Source: an uncultured Lachnospiraceae bacterium (lineage in GTDB: Bacteria; Bacillota; Clostridia; TANB77; CAG-508). From it: a DNA stretch of 64,000 nt. The DNA lies in NCBI GenBank assembly GCA_964584475.1, contig CAZPAF010000005.1, positions 13,998 to 77,997 on the forward strand, written 5' to 3'. Below, piece by piece: positions 34,883 to 43,404 of the stretch; the first letter of the stretch is position 1; every line of letters begins with the position of its first letter. The notes under the pieces are model-generated. The model did not search any database. It was not told the origin of the DNA and was given only the letters and a program-made list of their open reading frames with translations. A program made the translations under genes and the position numbers.

Positions 34883-35605
34883 ATGTTAGAAAATAAAAAA
34901 GTTATAATTTTTGATTTAGATGGAACTCTAATTGACTCAATTGGTGTTTGGAGTAGTATAGATATAGAAGTTATAAAAACTATTGGAGATGGAACAATAG
35001 ATGATGTTGATATAGGAAAACAAAGAGATGAAAAATTAAAAGAGTTTTATCTAGCTGAAGATATGTATTTAGAATACTGTGGTTTTTTAGGAGAAAAATA
35101 TAAATCAAATTTAACTAAACAAGAAATAAAAACATTAAGATACCAAATTGCAGATAAATATTTAAGAGAAGTTATAGATTATAAACCAAATGCAGAAAAA
35201 GTATTACATTACTTAAAAGAAAATGGTTTTATATTGGTTTTAGCTACTACAACAAATGATCATACAATTGTAACTTATACTAATGATAATGAAAATATAA
35301 AATCTAAAGCTCCTTTTGATGAAATGTTTACATTAATATATTCAAAAGGTGCTGTAAAAAATTTAAAACCAGATCCAGAAATTCATTATAAAATTTTAAA
35401 AGAACTAGATGTAAAAAAAGAAGAATGTTTAATTGTAGAAGATTCTTTAATTGGTGTGGAAGCTGCCCAAAATAGTGGTATTGATTTTGTAGTAATGTAT
35501 GATAAATTTTCTGATGGTAATAGAGAAGAAATTAATAAATTATCAAAAATAAATTTCAATAATTTTGATGAGATGTTAGAGAGAATAAAAGAAGAATTAG
35601 AATAA
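34883..35605 (+). CDS. HAD-superfamily hydrolase (subfamily IA-like)
   Basis: Motif I IIFDLDGTLIDS, LATTTN, KPDPEIH, and VEDSLIGVEAAQNSG. Confidence 0.85.
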   Translation: MLENKKVIIFDLDGTLIDSIGVWSSIDIEVIKTIGDGTIDDVDIGKQRDEKLKEFYLAEDMYLEYCGFLGEKYKSNLTKQEIKTLRYQIADKYLREVIDYKPNAEKVLHYLKENGFILVLATTTNDHTIVTYTNDNENIKSKAPFDEMFTLIYSKGAVKNLKPDPEIHYKILKELDVKKEECLIVEDSLIGVEAAQNSGIDFVVMYDKFSDGNREEINKLSKINFNNFDEMLERIKEELE

Positions 35606-35637
35606 TAAATTATGTAAATTGCATAAGTTGAAAAATG

Positions 35638-35676
35638 TTGCCAGTTGTGATATAATTACAGTTGGCAATATTTTTT
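35638..35676 (+). terminator. Intrinsic terminator after the HAD gene (last host-composition element before the GC-rich island)
   Basis: TTGCCAGTTGT (35638-35648) pairs with ACAGTTGGCAA (35658-35668) over 11 bp including two G-U pairs, followed by TATTTTTT. Confidence 0.65.
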
Positions 35677-35779
35677 ATAACAAAAAATCTCAAATTTCAA
35701 GTGAAGGGAGATGACCATTCTAATGGTATGAACATGGAGATTTTTAACGCAACAAATTTAGATATGGAGGGATGTTAAG

Positions 35780-37735
35780 ATGAAAAATGAATGCCGGAAA
35801 GGAATCAAAAGATTTGCTGTTTTAGCAGCTGTACTGCTTTTGATGCTGAGCTTGCTTGCAGGCTGTGCTACTGATGGAACTAAAAGTAGCTATGAGCTTG
35901 ATGTAGTAAATCACACGTCTGATTTCTACATCAATGACTTCGCAGGGGTTTTTAGTGAAGAACAGAAAAAACAGCTCATGGAAAATGCGGTTGGCTTTGA
36001 TGAAGAATCCTCTGGAATCCAGGTTGTTATCACAACAGTCGAATCTTTGGACTCTGCAGTTCTTGGATACGAATATGTTGTAAAAGACGCTGATGGAAAC
36101 AGAGTTGAAGACGCACAAAAGCCAAGCAGTACACCTAAATTCACGATTGAACAGGTATCGTATTCGATGTACAGTGAGTATGGCATCGGAAAAGATGATA
36201 TGGGAATCTTGATTCTATTTTCTACTGGTGACAGAGAAGTAAGAATTGAGACTGGCAGACAAATGCAGTTCTATATCACAGACTCGATATCAGGCAGATT
36301 GCTGGATGATTATGGTATGGATTATTTCCGTGAAGACAAATTTGCGGAGGGATTGATTTCTCTTCAAGAAGGAGTTATTGCGAAAATAAAAACCGAAGTT
36401 CCAAGCGATTGGCATGCAAGTTCTGAAAAAGAGCAGAATGCTGAAGATTCCGAAAACTCTGAGAATGTTACCACAGGTATTGTTGCAGATGATTCCAGTG
36501 TGAACTCGAACGAAAATGCTACTACTACTGATAAAACCGAGGAAAAAGATTCTGCAAAGGGAATTCTCTGGGGCTTATTCGGAAGTATTGCAGCAGCATT
36601 TGCCGCAATTGGTGCATTTATTCGTCAGAAGTCCAGAGGAAAATCTGAACGAGAAGCTATGGAAAAAGCTAAGCAGGAAGAACTTGCTACTGTAAGAGCA
36701 AATTACCAAAGTGAGTTAGAAGAAAAAGACAGAGAACATAATGCTACTGTCTCGAAACTCAAAGAAGATTATCGTCGGCTTGTTCAAGTAAGAGATACAA
36801 CTGTAGAAGAGTTGAATCACCAAATTGATACAGCCAACGATAAAGTTAGAACATTGACAATCAAGCTCGATGAAATGACGGATAAGTATACTCGAGCCCA
36901 GAGGTTACATCCGGAATGTAATTTCGACGAAGAAGTCCATGAAATGATCGAAAATGAGTACAAGGTAGCTGCCCAAGAAGTTGATTCTAAGCTGGCTGAA
37001 GTTCTTAGTACTCCTGCGAGCAAAAACAATGAACTTGTCTTTAAACAAGCTTTAGGTTTGATTGATTCCACTGAGAAGGAGGTAAGAAAGTATGTAACTT
37101 CGTCTAGAGTGGATATCCAAAAACTATATGACGAAGCTGTTGGTTTGAGAAAAGAGTTCGAAAGACTTGAGCAGGAAAAGAAAGATAGAGCTTCTGCCAA
37201 TAAAGCTTATGAAAGCATTAAGGCAACATTAAACGCGAATCCTGTCGGAAACTATCGCACTTATGCTGCTTTGACCGCTGCTTTAGGCTTGTTTACGGCA
37301 TTGTCCAAGGGAGAAAGAAACTTCTTCCCTGACTGTAAGTTGATTTCTGAAGTTGAAAGACTTCAGCGTACTGCAGAAACTGACCATGACAACTACACTA
37401 AAGCTAACAATGCTCAAGGTGAAGTTGAACGCATTATCGGTAATATGTATTCTGCCGATGAGGACGATAGAGATAAGCTCGCAAGAGCTATGAGATACTA
37501 TCGTAATCTCACAAGTGCGCAGCAAGCATATTTCTCTGCAGAATTGCTTCGTAAGCTCAAAAAGCTTATTGATGATGCAGATGAAGATCACAGACAGCAG
37601 GAAAGAAGACGTGATGCTGAGAGAAGAAGAAGACAGCAAGCAATGAGAAGCTCGTCTCATAGCAGCTCTCATCGTTCCAGCTTTGGTGGCCATGGTGGTC
37701 GTCCAAGTGGTGGTGGTGCTTCCAGAAGATTCTAA
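35780..37735 (+). CDS. TPM-domain lipoprotein with one TM helix, a long cytoplasmic coiled-coil region and an Arg/Ser/Gly-rich tail
   Basis: Lipobox LLAGC. TPM blocks INDFAGVFSEEQKKQL, IQVVITTVESL, GILILFSTGDREVRIETG. TM segment GILWGLFGSIAAAFAAIGAFI. About 350 aa of heptad-like sequence. Tail SFGGHGGRPSGGGASRRF. GC-rich. Confidence 0.8.
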   Translation: MKNECRKGIKRFAVLAAVLLLMLSLLAGCATDGTKSSYELDVVNHTSDFYINDFAGVFSEEQKKQLMENAVGFDEESSGIQVVITTVESLDSAVLGYEYVVKDADGNRVEDAQKPSSTPKFTIEQVSYSMYSEYGIGKDDMGILILFSTGDREVRIETGRQMQFYITDSISGRLLDDYGMDYFREDKFAEGLISLQEGVIAKIKTEVPSDWHASSEKEQNAEDSENSENVTTGIVADDSSVNSNENATTTDKTEEKDSAKGILWGLFGSIAAAFAAIGAFIRQKSRGKSEREAMEKAKQEELATVRANYQSELEEKDREHNATVSKLKEDYRRLVQVRDTTVEELNHQIDTANDKVRTLTIKLDEMTDKYTRAQRLHPECNFDEEVHEMIENEYKVAAQEVDSKLAEVLSTPASKNNELVFKQALGLIDSTEKEVRKYVTSSRVDIQKLYDEAVGLRKEFERLEQEKKDRASANKAYESIKATLNANPVGNYRTYAALTAALGLFTALSKGERNFFPDCKLISEVERLQRTAETDHDNYTKANNAQGEVERIIGNMYSADEDDRDKLARAMRYYRNLTSAQQAYFSAELLRKLKKLIDDADEDHRQQERRRDAERRRRQQAMRSSSHSSSHRSSFGGHGGRPSGGGASRRF

Positions 37736-37752
37736 AAGGCGGTGCTTCCAGA

Positions 37753-38571
37753 ATGGGACAGAAAATAAAAGTATATCTTTTAACTGTTCTTGTTCTTCTT
37801 AGTTGCCTTTTGGGTGGTTGCAGTCAAGCAAATGATAACACTACAATTGATGATTCCAATATCCAAATACAAGTTCCTGAAGTTTTGAAGGATACTTATG
37901 TATATGATCAAGGAAACATTATAAGTGATGATCAGGAAGCTGTAATCAACAACCTACTGGTTCAACTGGAAGAAAAAACAACAGTTGAGTTTGCGGTTAT
38001 TACTATCCCATCTTTGAACAATTTGACAATTGAGCAATATGCTGTCAAACTTGCAAATAAGCTTGGGATAGGAAAAGCTGGCGAAGACAATGGTATTTTG
38101 CTTTTGGTTTCCAAAACAGATACCAAAGTTCGATTAGAAATAGGGCGAGGCTTACAAGGATTTCTTACAGACTCTGTGTCTGGACGAATACTTGATAAGT
38201 ACTTTGTTCCGTCCAGAGAAAAAGATAATTATAATGATGCATGCTTTAATACTGTTAACGCGGTTATAAATTGCATTGCAAATTCAGAAGATTATGAATT
38301 CTCTGGAATTGAAGGATTAGATCTAGAAATAGCTGTAGAAGAAACAGAAGGTGAGCTTACCGCTGGACAAGTGAGTGGTATAATTGCACTAATCATTTTT
38401 CTGCTAATACTAGAATGGATAACAGGTTGCTTGTTTGGAAGCGGGTTCGGTGACGGACTTGTTTTCATGATCTTGCATATAGTCTTGAATAGCCGTTCGA
38501 GTAGTAGTGGTGGAAGTCGTGGTGGTAGCTTTGGAGGAGGCCGTTTCAATGGCGGTGGTTCTTCAAGATAA
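37753..38571 (+). CDS. TPM-domain lipoprotein (YgcG-like) with a C-terminal TM and Gly-rich tail
   Basis: Lipobox LLGGC. VYDQGNIISDDQEAVINNLL, EFAVITIPSL, GILLLVSKTDTKVRLEIGRGLQGFLTDS. Tail SSSGGSRGGSFGGGRFNGGGSSR. Confidence 0.8.
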   Translation: MGQKIKVYLLTVLVLLSCLLGGCSQANDNTTIDDSNIQIQVPEVLKDTYVYDQGNIISDDQEAVINNLLVQLEEKTTVEFAVITIPSLNNLTIEQYAVKLANKLGIGKAGEDNGILLLVSKTDTKVRLEIGRGLQGFLTDSVSGRILDKYFVPSREKDNYNDACFNTVNAVINCIANSEDYEFSGIEGLDLEIAVEETEGELTAGQVSGIIALIIFLLILEWITGCLFGSGFGDGLVFMILHIVLNSRSSSSGGSRGGSFGGGRFNGGGSSR

Positions 38572-38618
38572 GTATTAGAAGTAAAACATTTTGACCAAAA
38601 CATAAGGAGGATAATTCT

Positions 38619-39260
38619 ATGCATAATTCTAGCAATTACGTTCACTACAACCATTCCGATAATGGTGGCAAAAAGGATATGAGTATCGGAGGTTGGGTTG
38701 CCCTTGGCATCCTGGCTGTTTTCCTGATTTCCATCTTCAGTTTTGCGGGTTCCTGTGTGAATACCTACAACAAACTGGTGGATATGGAAGAAGATGTCAA
38801 TCTGGCTTTTGCCAATGTTCAGTCTGTCATGCAGAGCCGTCTTGAAAAAATTCCGGATCTGGTGAAGGTTGCTGATGAAGCTGCCGAACATCTGGAAACT
38901 ATCTATGCGGATATCGCAGGTGGCAGATCTGCTTTGAGCGCTGCGTCTACTCCTGAAGAGTTGGATGCTGCAAATGCACAGATTACTGAAAATATTAATC
39001 AGTTCTTGGCAGTTGTCGAAAATTACCCGACTATTACTGCTAGCGAACAATACACATCTTTGATGGATTCCATCGAAGGTGCTGCAAACAGAATCAATGT
39101 TGCAAGAGAAGATTACAATGCGGCTGTGAGTCAGTATAACAGAACTGTAAGAAGGTTCCCTGGCTCTTTGCTTGCAGGCATCTTTGGTTTTGATACTATT
39201 GAAGAGTTCAAAGCTGATGAAGCTGCAAACAACAGCAGTCTTGTGGATTTCGGTGACTAA
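38619..39260 (+). CDS. LemA-family protein
   Basis: N-terminal TM, then YNKLVDMEEDVNLAFANVQSVMQSRLEKIPDLVKVA...NRINVAREDYNAAVSQYNRTVRRFPGSLLAGIFGF, the classic LemA pattern. AAGGAGG lies 8 nt upstream. Confidence 0.9.
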   Translation: MHNSSNYVHYNHSDNGGKKDMSIGGWVALGILAVFLISIFSFAGSCVNTYNKLVDMEEDVNLAFANVQSVMQSRLEKIPDLVKVADEAAEHLETIYADIAGGRSALSAASTPEELDAANAQITENINQFLAVVENYPTITASEQYTSLMDSIEGAANRINVAREDYNAAVSQYNRTVRRFPGSLLAGIFGFDTIEEFKADEAANNSSLVDFGD

Positions 39261-39272
39261 TTTTAAATCTAA

Positions 39273-39313
39273 CCCCATGGGTGGCATTGCCATCCGTGGG
39301 GTTTTCCCTTTTT
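39273..39313 (+). terminator. GC-rich intrinsic terminator closing the TPM-TPM-LemA island
   Basis: CCCCATGGGTGG (39273-39284) pairs with CCATCCGTGGGG (39290-39301) over 12 bp including two G-U pairs, followed by TTTTCCCTTTTT. Confidence 0.7.
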
Positions 39314-39471
39314 AATATTAAAATAAATATAAACATAAAAATAAATAATAGATAATATGTTAGATGTGATTGATATAAAGATTTAAATATGATATAACAA
39401 ATTTGAAATAAAGTAAGAATTTAAATTTATTATATTTTATTTAAATTTTTATAAAATAAAAGGAGGAAAAA

Positions 39472-40527
39472 ATGGTAATAAAAAGCGCAGATTTTCCGAT
39501 GCAATATGTTGATGAAAAAAAGTTTAAATATATGTATATTGATGATGAAAGTTTTAAAGGTTATCTTGGACAAATACATATAATAAAAGCAAATCAACCA
39601 CCAAAAGAACTTGGAGAAGATTACATAGAAAGAGCAAATAGTGGATGTAAATGGCTTGAATTTTATCCAGAAAATTCAAATGTTGCTATGACAGTTGCTT
39701 ATAATCATGAAAATAAAATATTGAATTGGTATTTTGATATTATAAATAAAATAGGAATTGAAAATGATAATCCATATTTTGAAGATTTATATTTAGATGT
39801 TACACTTACTCCTCAAAATAAAATGGAATTATTAGATGAAGAAGAGTTAGAAGAAGCACTAAAGACAGGTGATGTAAGTAAAGAACAATATGATATGGCT
39901 TATAAAACAGCAAAAGAATTAATGAAAAAAATTGATGGAAAACAAGAATCACTTATAAAATTCTCTAATAAATATTTTGATAAAATTAATTTAATTGGAC
40001 AAATAAAAGATGAAGACATTGGAGAAAAATCAAAACCGGTAGAAAAATATAGACAAAGATTTGGAGCAAGAGGAATTGTAATAAGAGAAGATGGAAAAAT
40101 TGCTGTATTTAATAAAGCTCTAAAAAATGAATTTAAACTTCCAGGTGGAGGAATAGATGAAGGAGAAGAAACAGCAGAAGCATTTAAAAGAGAAGTGTTT
40201 GAAGAAACAGGATGTAAAATAGAAATAATAGATTTTTTAGGAACTATTGAAGAATTAAAAACTCAAGATGAGTTTAAACAAATGTCCTATGTTTATGTTG
40301 GAAAAGTTATAGAAGATACTAAAGCATTACATGTAACTGAGCAAGAAGAAAAAGAAGGTGCTAGACTTTTGTGGGAAACTCCTGAAAAAGCTTTAGAATT
40401 AATAAAATATTGCTATGATAAATTATTACCATCACCATGCGAAGCTGATTTATCTTCTGTATATCATACAAAATTTATTGTAAGAAGAGATAGCAAAATA
40501 TTAGAAACTTATTTAAATAGCAAATAA
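39472..40527 (+). CDS. Fusion protein: DUF402 (Ntdp-like nucleoside tri/diphosphatase) domain plus Nudix hydrolase domain
   Basis: N-terminal half NWYFDIINKIG...YFEDLYLDVTL is DUF402-like. The C-terminal half carries the Nudix box GGGIDEGEETAEAFKREVFEETG. Confidence 0.7.
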   Translation: MVIKSADFPMQYVDEKKFKYMYIDDESFKGYLGQIHIIKANQPPKELGEDYIERANSGCKWLEFYPENSNVAMTVAYNHENKILNWYFDIINKIGIENDNPYFEDLYLDVTLTPQNKMELLDEEELEEALKTGDVSKEQYDMAYKTAKELMKKIDGKQESLIKFSNKYFDKINLIGQIKDEDIGEKSKPVEKYRQRFGARGIVIREDGKIAVFNKALKNEFKLPGGGIDEGEETAEAFKREVFEETGCKIEIIDFLGTIEELKTQDEFKQMSYVYVGKVIEDTKALHVTEQEEKEGARLLWETPEKALELIKYCYDKLLPSPCEADLSSVYHTKFIVRRDSKILETYLNSK

Positions 40528-40538
40528 GTTTATGTAAA

Positions 40539-40567
40539 TTGACAATAAACTAAATATGTGATAAAAT
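40539..40567 (+). promoter_or_regulatory. Sigma-A-type promoter with extended -10 (TTGACA-17 nt-TGaTAAAAT)
   Basis: TTGACA 40539-40544 and TAAAAT 40562-40567, with TG at 40559-40560. Confidence 0.55.
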
Positions 40568-40649
40568 ATTTACTGTAAATTAAGAGTTTACCTAAGAGCA
40601 AAAGCTTGAGCGGTAAAGGGTGTTAAAGCCTACACTTGAAAAGATTTTT

Positions 40650-40702
40650 AAAGTCTTGCAAAGGAGTCTTAAAAAGGATTTCTTTGTGAGACTTTTTGTT
40701 TT
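40650..40702 (+). terminator. Strong intrinsic terminator inside a ~170-nt 5' leader (attenuator or riboswitch-like expression platform)
   Basis: AAAGTCTTGCAAAGG (40650-40664) pairs with TCTTTGTGAGACTTT (40681-40695) over 15 bp including three G-U pairs. 16-nt loop, then TTGTTTT. It lies downstream of the promoter at 40539 and upstream of the sORF and methyltransferase. Confidence 0.7.
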
Positions 40703-40742
40703 ACAGAAAATCCTACTTTAGAAAAAAAGGAGGAGATAAAAT

Positions 40743-40820
40743 ATGGAAGGATTGAAATTATATAGAAATCTCTGGTTCCAATTTTGGTGGCCCGCTAACA
40801 TTTCCAAACAAGAAGAATAA
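40743..40820 (+). CDS. 25-aa Trp-rich small ORF MEGLKLYRNLWFQFWWPANISKQEE (candidate leader or arrest peptide, or a small protein)
   Basis: A consensus SD AAGGAGGAG (40727-40735) lies upstream of ATG 40743. The stop is 32 nt before the methyltransferase ATG. Contains the tandem Trp codons TGG TGG followed by CCC. Confidence 0.5.
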   Translation: MEGLKLYRNLWFQFWWPANISKQEE

Positions 40821-40852
40821 AACACAAACTAAATAAAAAGGAGAAATGTATT

Positions 40853-41639
40853 ATGGGAAATGTAAATGAGATTTTAGAAAATTATTATAATAATTATGAT
40901 GAGGACTCGAGACTTGTTCGAGATAAAACTCATACAATTGAATTTATTACAACTACAAAATTTATTGACAAATATTTAAAACAGCGGTGATAGAATTTTG
41001 GAAGTTGGAGCAGGAACAGGAAGATATACAATACATTATGCTAAATTAGGATTTAAAGTTGATGCAGTAGAACTTGTAAAAAAGAATTTAGATATTTTAA
41101 AATCTAAAACAACAGAAGATTTAGATGTAAATGCAATTCAAGGAAATTGCTTAGACTTAAATATGTATAACGACAATATTTTTGATATAACTTTAATACT
41201 AGGACCACTATATCATCTATACACAGAAGAAGACGCAAAAAGAGCTATAGATGAAGCAATTAGAGTGACAAAAAAAGGTGGAAAAATAATTATTGCATAT
41301 ATTACAGATGATGCTGTTGTTTTATCTTATGGAGTAAGAAAAAGAAATTTAAAAAGATTATCTACATTATGTGGCGATGATTGGAAAGTAGAAAAAATAG
41401 CAGAAGAAGTTTTTGCAAGTTATAGAATAGATGAATTTGATAGATTAATTTCAAATTTTAATGTTCAAAAATTAGAGACTATTGCAGCAGATGGAATTGC
41501 TCCACAAATGCAAGATTTTGTTAATAATTTTGATGAAGAAGAATTTAATTTATATATCGACTATCATTTAAAAAATTGTATGAGAAGAGAATTGCTTGGA
41601 TATAGCAGTCATATATTAGAAATAATTGAAAAAAGATAA
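40853..41639 (+). pseudogene. Class I SAM-dependent methyltransferase interrupted by a +1 frameshift at an A4 run (40978-40981)
   Basis: Frame A: MGNVNEILENYYNNYDEDSRLVRDKTHTIEFITTTKFIDKYLKQR, stop at 40988-40990. Frame B continues NSGDRILEVGAGTGRYTIHYAKLGFKVDAVEL... (SAM motif I) to 41639. Deleting one A restores ...KYLNSGDRILEVGAGTG... This may be a real pseudogene or a homopolymer sequencing error. Confidence 0.75.
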
Positions 41640-41661
41640 AAAGAATTTGAGGTGTATAAAA

Positions 41662-42231
41662 ATGAAATATTTTAAAAAATTAGTTGGAGAAAGAATTTAT
41701 TTATCACCAAGAAGTGTTGAAGATGCAGAAATATATACAGCTTGGATGAATGATTTTGAAGTGACTGATTATACTGGAAGAAGTGCAAGCATTTTAACAC
41801 TTGATGCAGAGAAAAAATATTTAGAAAATAAGAATATGGATACAGATACAACTGCATTTGCAATAGTAGATTTAAAAACTGATGAAATGGTTGGAACACT
41901 TAGCTTAGAAAATGTGAATTATGCAAGTAGAACTGCAGTACTTGGAATATTTATTGGAAATCCAGATTATAGAAGTAATGGATATGGAACAGAGGCAATA
42001 AAACTATTATTAGATTTTGGATTCAATTACATGAATTTAAATGCAATAAACTTAAGTGTTTTGTCTTGCAATGAAAGAGCTATAAAATGCTATAAGAAAT
42101 GTGGATTTAAAGAAGCGGGAGTTTTGAGAAAATCTAAATTTGTAAATGGAAAATATTATGATACAATTCTTATGGATATTTTAGCTGAAGAATTTACAGA
42201 AGATTGTATTAAAAATAAAAATGTTAAATAA
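41662..42231 (+). CDS. GNAT-family N-acetyltransferase (RimJ/RimL-like)
   Basis: Likely start ATG 41662 (MKYFKKLVGERIYLSPRS). GYGTEAIKLLLDFGFNYMNLNAINLSVLSCNERAIKCYKKCGFKEAG. Confidence 0.85.
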   Translation: MKYFKKLVGERIYLSPRSVEDAEIYTAWMNDFEVTDYTGRSASILTLDAEKKYLENKNMDTDTTAFAIVDLKTDEMVGTLSLENVNYASRTAVLGIFIGNPDYRSNGYGTEAIKLLLDFGFNYMNLNAINLSVLSCNERAIKCYKKCGFKEAGVLRKSKFVNGKYYDTILMDILAEEFTEDCIKNKNVK

Positions 42232-42261
42232 ATCTTTTAATTTAAATAAAAATATTATTAA

Positions 42262-42303
42262 AATAAAGTATGAAATAGCCAAATTTCATACTTTATTTTT
42301 TTA
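42262..42303 (+). terminator. Intrinsic terminator after the GNAT gene
   Basis: AATAAAGTATGAAAT (42262-42276) pairs with ATTTCATACTTTATT (42283-42297), followed by a T-run. Confidence 0.7.
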
Positions 42304-42356
42304 TTTTGATATGTTAAAATTAATTCGAAATTTACAATAAAATAGAGGATGAAGAT

Positions 42357-43391
42357 ATGAAAATAAATAATTTTAAAAGATTTTTTAAAAAGCCAAGCTC
42401 TTATACGGTAGTGGTATTAATTGTACTGACAATTATAAGTTTAATTGAGATAATTGGATTTTGCATAAATGATTTAAATCCAATTTTGATTGAAAAAACA
42501 TTTGTGGTAGAAAAGCTATTGTCAGAACTGTATGAAATAGCTTCAATTTGGCTTGTTGGAGTAATCTTTGTGGTAATAGGATTAATAATAGACATATCTA
42601 AATATCAAACTAGAAAATTTTCTTTATCAAAAGTCGATTTTATAAATGATAAAGAGATTTATAGAGAAATATTAAAAGAATATTCTGTACTTGGTCTTGC
42701 ATATATAGATGATTTTAAAGAAAATATTTATAAATATGCTGTTATTGTGTTATTAAATTTAAAATTAAAAAATAAAATCGCAATCAAGGATAATGGACTT
42801 GAAATAATAGACAATACAAATTTACGAAAAAGTGAAGAATATGTAATATCTAGAATAAAAAATGGAATTTTTGAAATTGAAAATCCAAAAGAGTTTATTG
42901 GTTTAGCCAAAAAAGATGGTATAGAAGATGGATTAGTAGAAAAGAACCCTGAAAATAGAAGGAAACTAAAAAATAAAACGACACAAGAATTGGTTAAAAA
43001 AGGAATTAAAAATGCAATTATAACATTAATTTCTGCTATAATATTAATCTTAATTTTTGTTATATTAGATTCTTTAAGAGATAGTCCTCTTGGATATATA
43101 GCTAGTATTTTATTTATGATGTTACCATTATTTACTCTTCTTTTTCTTTTTGGAAATTATTTAGCATATGAAATTAATATTAATAAAGTATCTTGTAGAA
43201 CAGATTTAGGAGAAGAAGTTAATACAAAATTAGAAGGATTAAAGAATTATATTAAGGAATATAGTTATTTAAATGAAAAACAAAAAGAGCATTTAATTTT
43301 ATGGGATGGATATTTGATTTATTCTGTAATGTTTAATCAAAATGAAAAAATATTATATGATGTAGGAAGATATATTTATTATAAAAGATAA
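42357..43391 (+). CDS. Membrane protein sharing the C-terminal DUF2207-type module with 27449-29569
   Basis: Several TM helices. LEGLKNYIKEYSYLNE...HLILWDGYLIYSVMFNQNEKI parallels WKGLYNFLNSETLMKE...LPLWEKYLVYATAFGISEKV in the larger paralog. Confidence 0.55.
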   Translation: MKINNFKRFFKKPSSYTVVVLIVLTIISLIEIIGFCINDLNPILIEKTFVVEKLLSELYEIASIWLVGVIFVVIGLIIDISKYQTRKFSLSKVDFINDKEIYREILKEYSVLGLAYIDDFKENIYKYAVIVLLNLKLKNKIAIKDNGLEIIDNTNLRKSEEYVISRIKNGIFEIENPKEFIGLAKKDGIEDGLVEKNPENRRKLKNKTTQELVKKGIKNAIITLISAIILILIFVILDSLRDSPLGYIASILFMMLPLFTLLFLFGNYLAYEININKVSCRTDLGEEVNTKLEGLKNYIKEYSYLNEKQKEHLILWDGYLIYSVMFNQNEKILYDVGRYIYYKR

Positions 43392-43404
43392 AAGGAGTAA
43401 ACCG

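Noticed and set aside
35822-37693. Several minus-strand ORFs (86-136 aa) inside the long TPM gene
   Set aside because: They are shadow ORFs within a GC-richer coding region. They have no SDs or motifs and are mutually overlapping.
38292-39293. 333-aa minus-strand ORF covering the LemA gene and the end of the second TPM gene
   Set aside because: It is antisense to two genes with clear family motifs and strong SDs. It has no SD of its own and its sequence is low-information. Long shadow ORFs are expected in the GC-richer island because AT-rich stop codons are rarer there.
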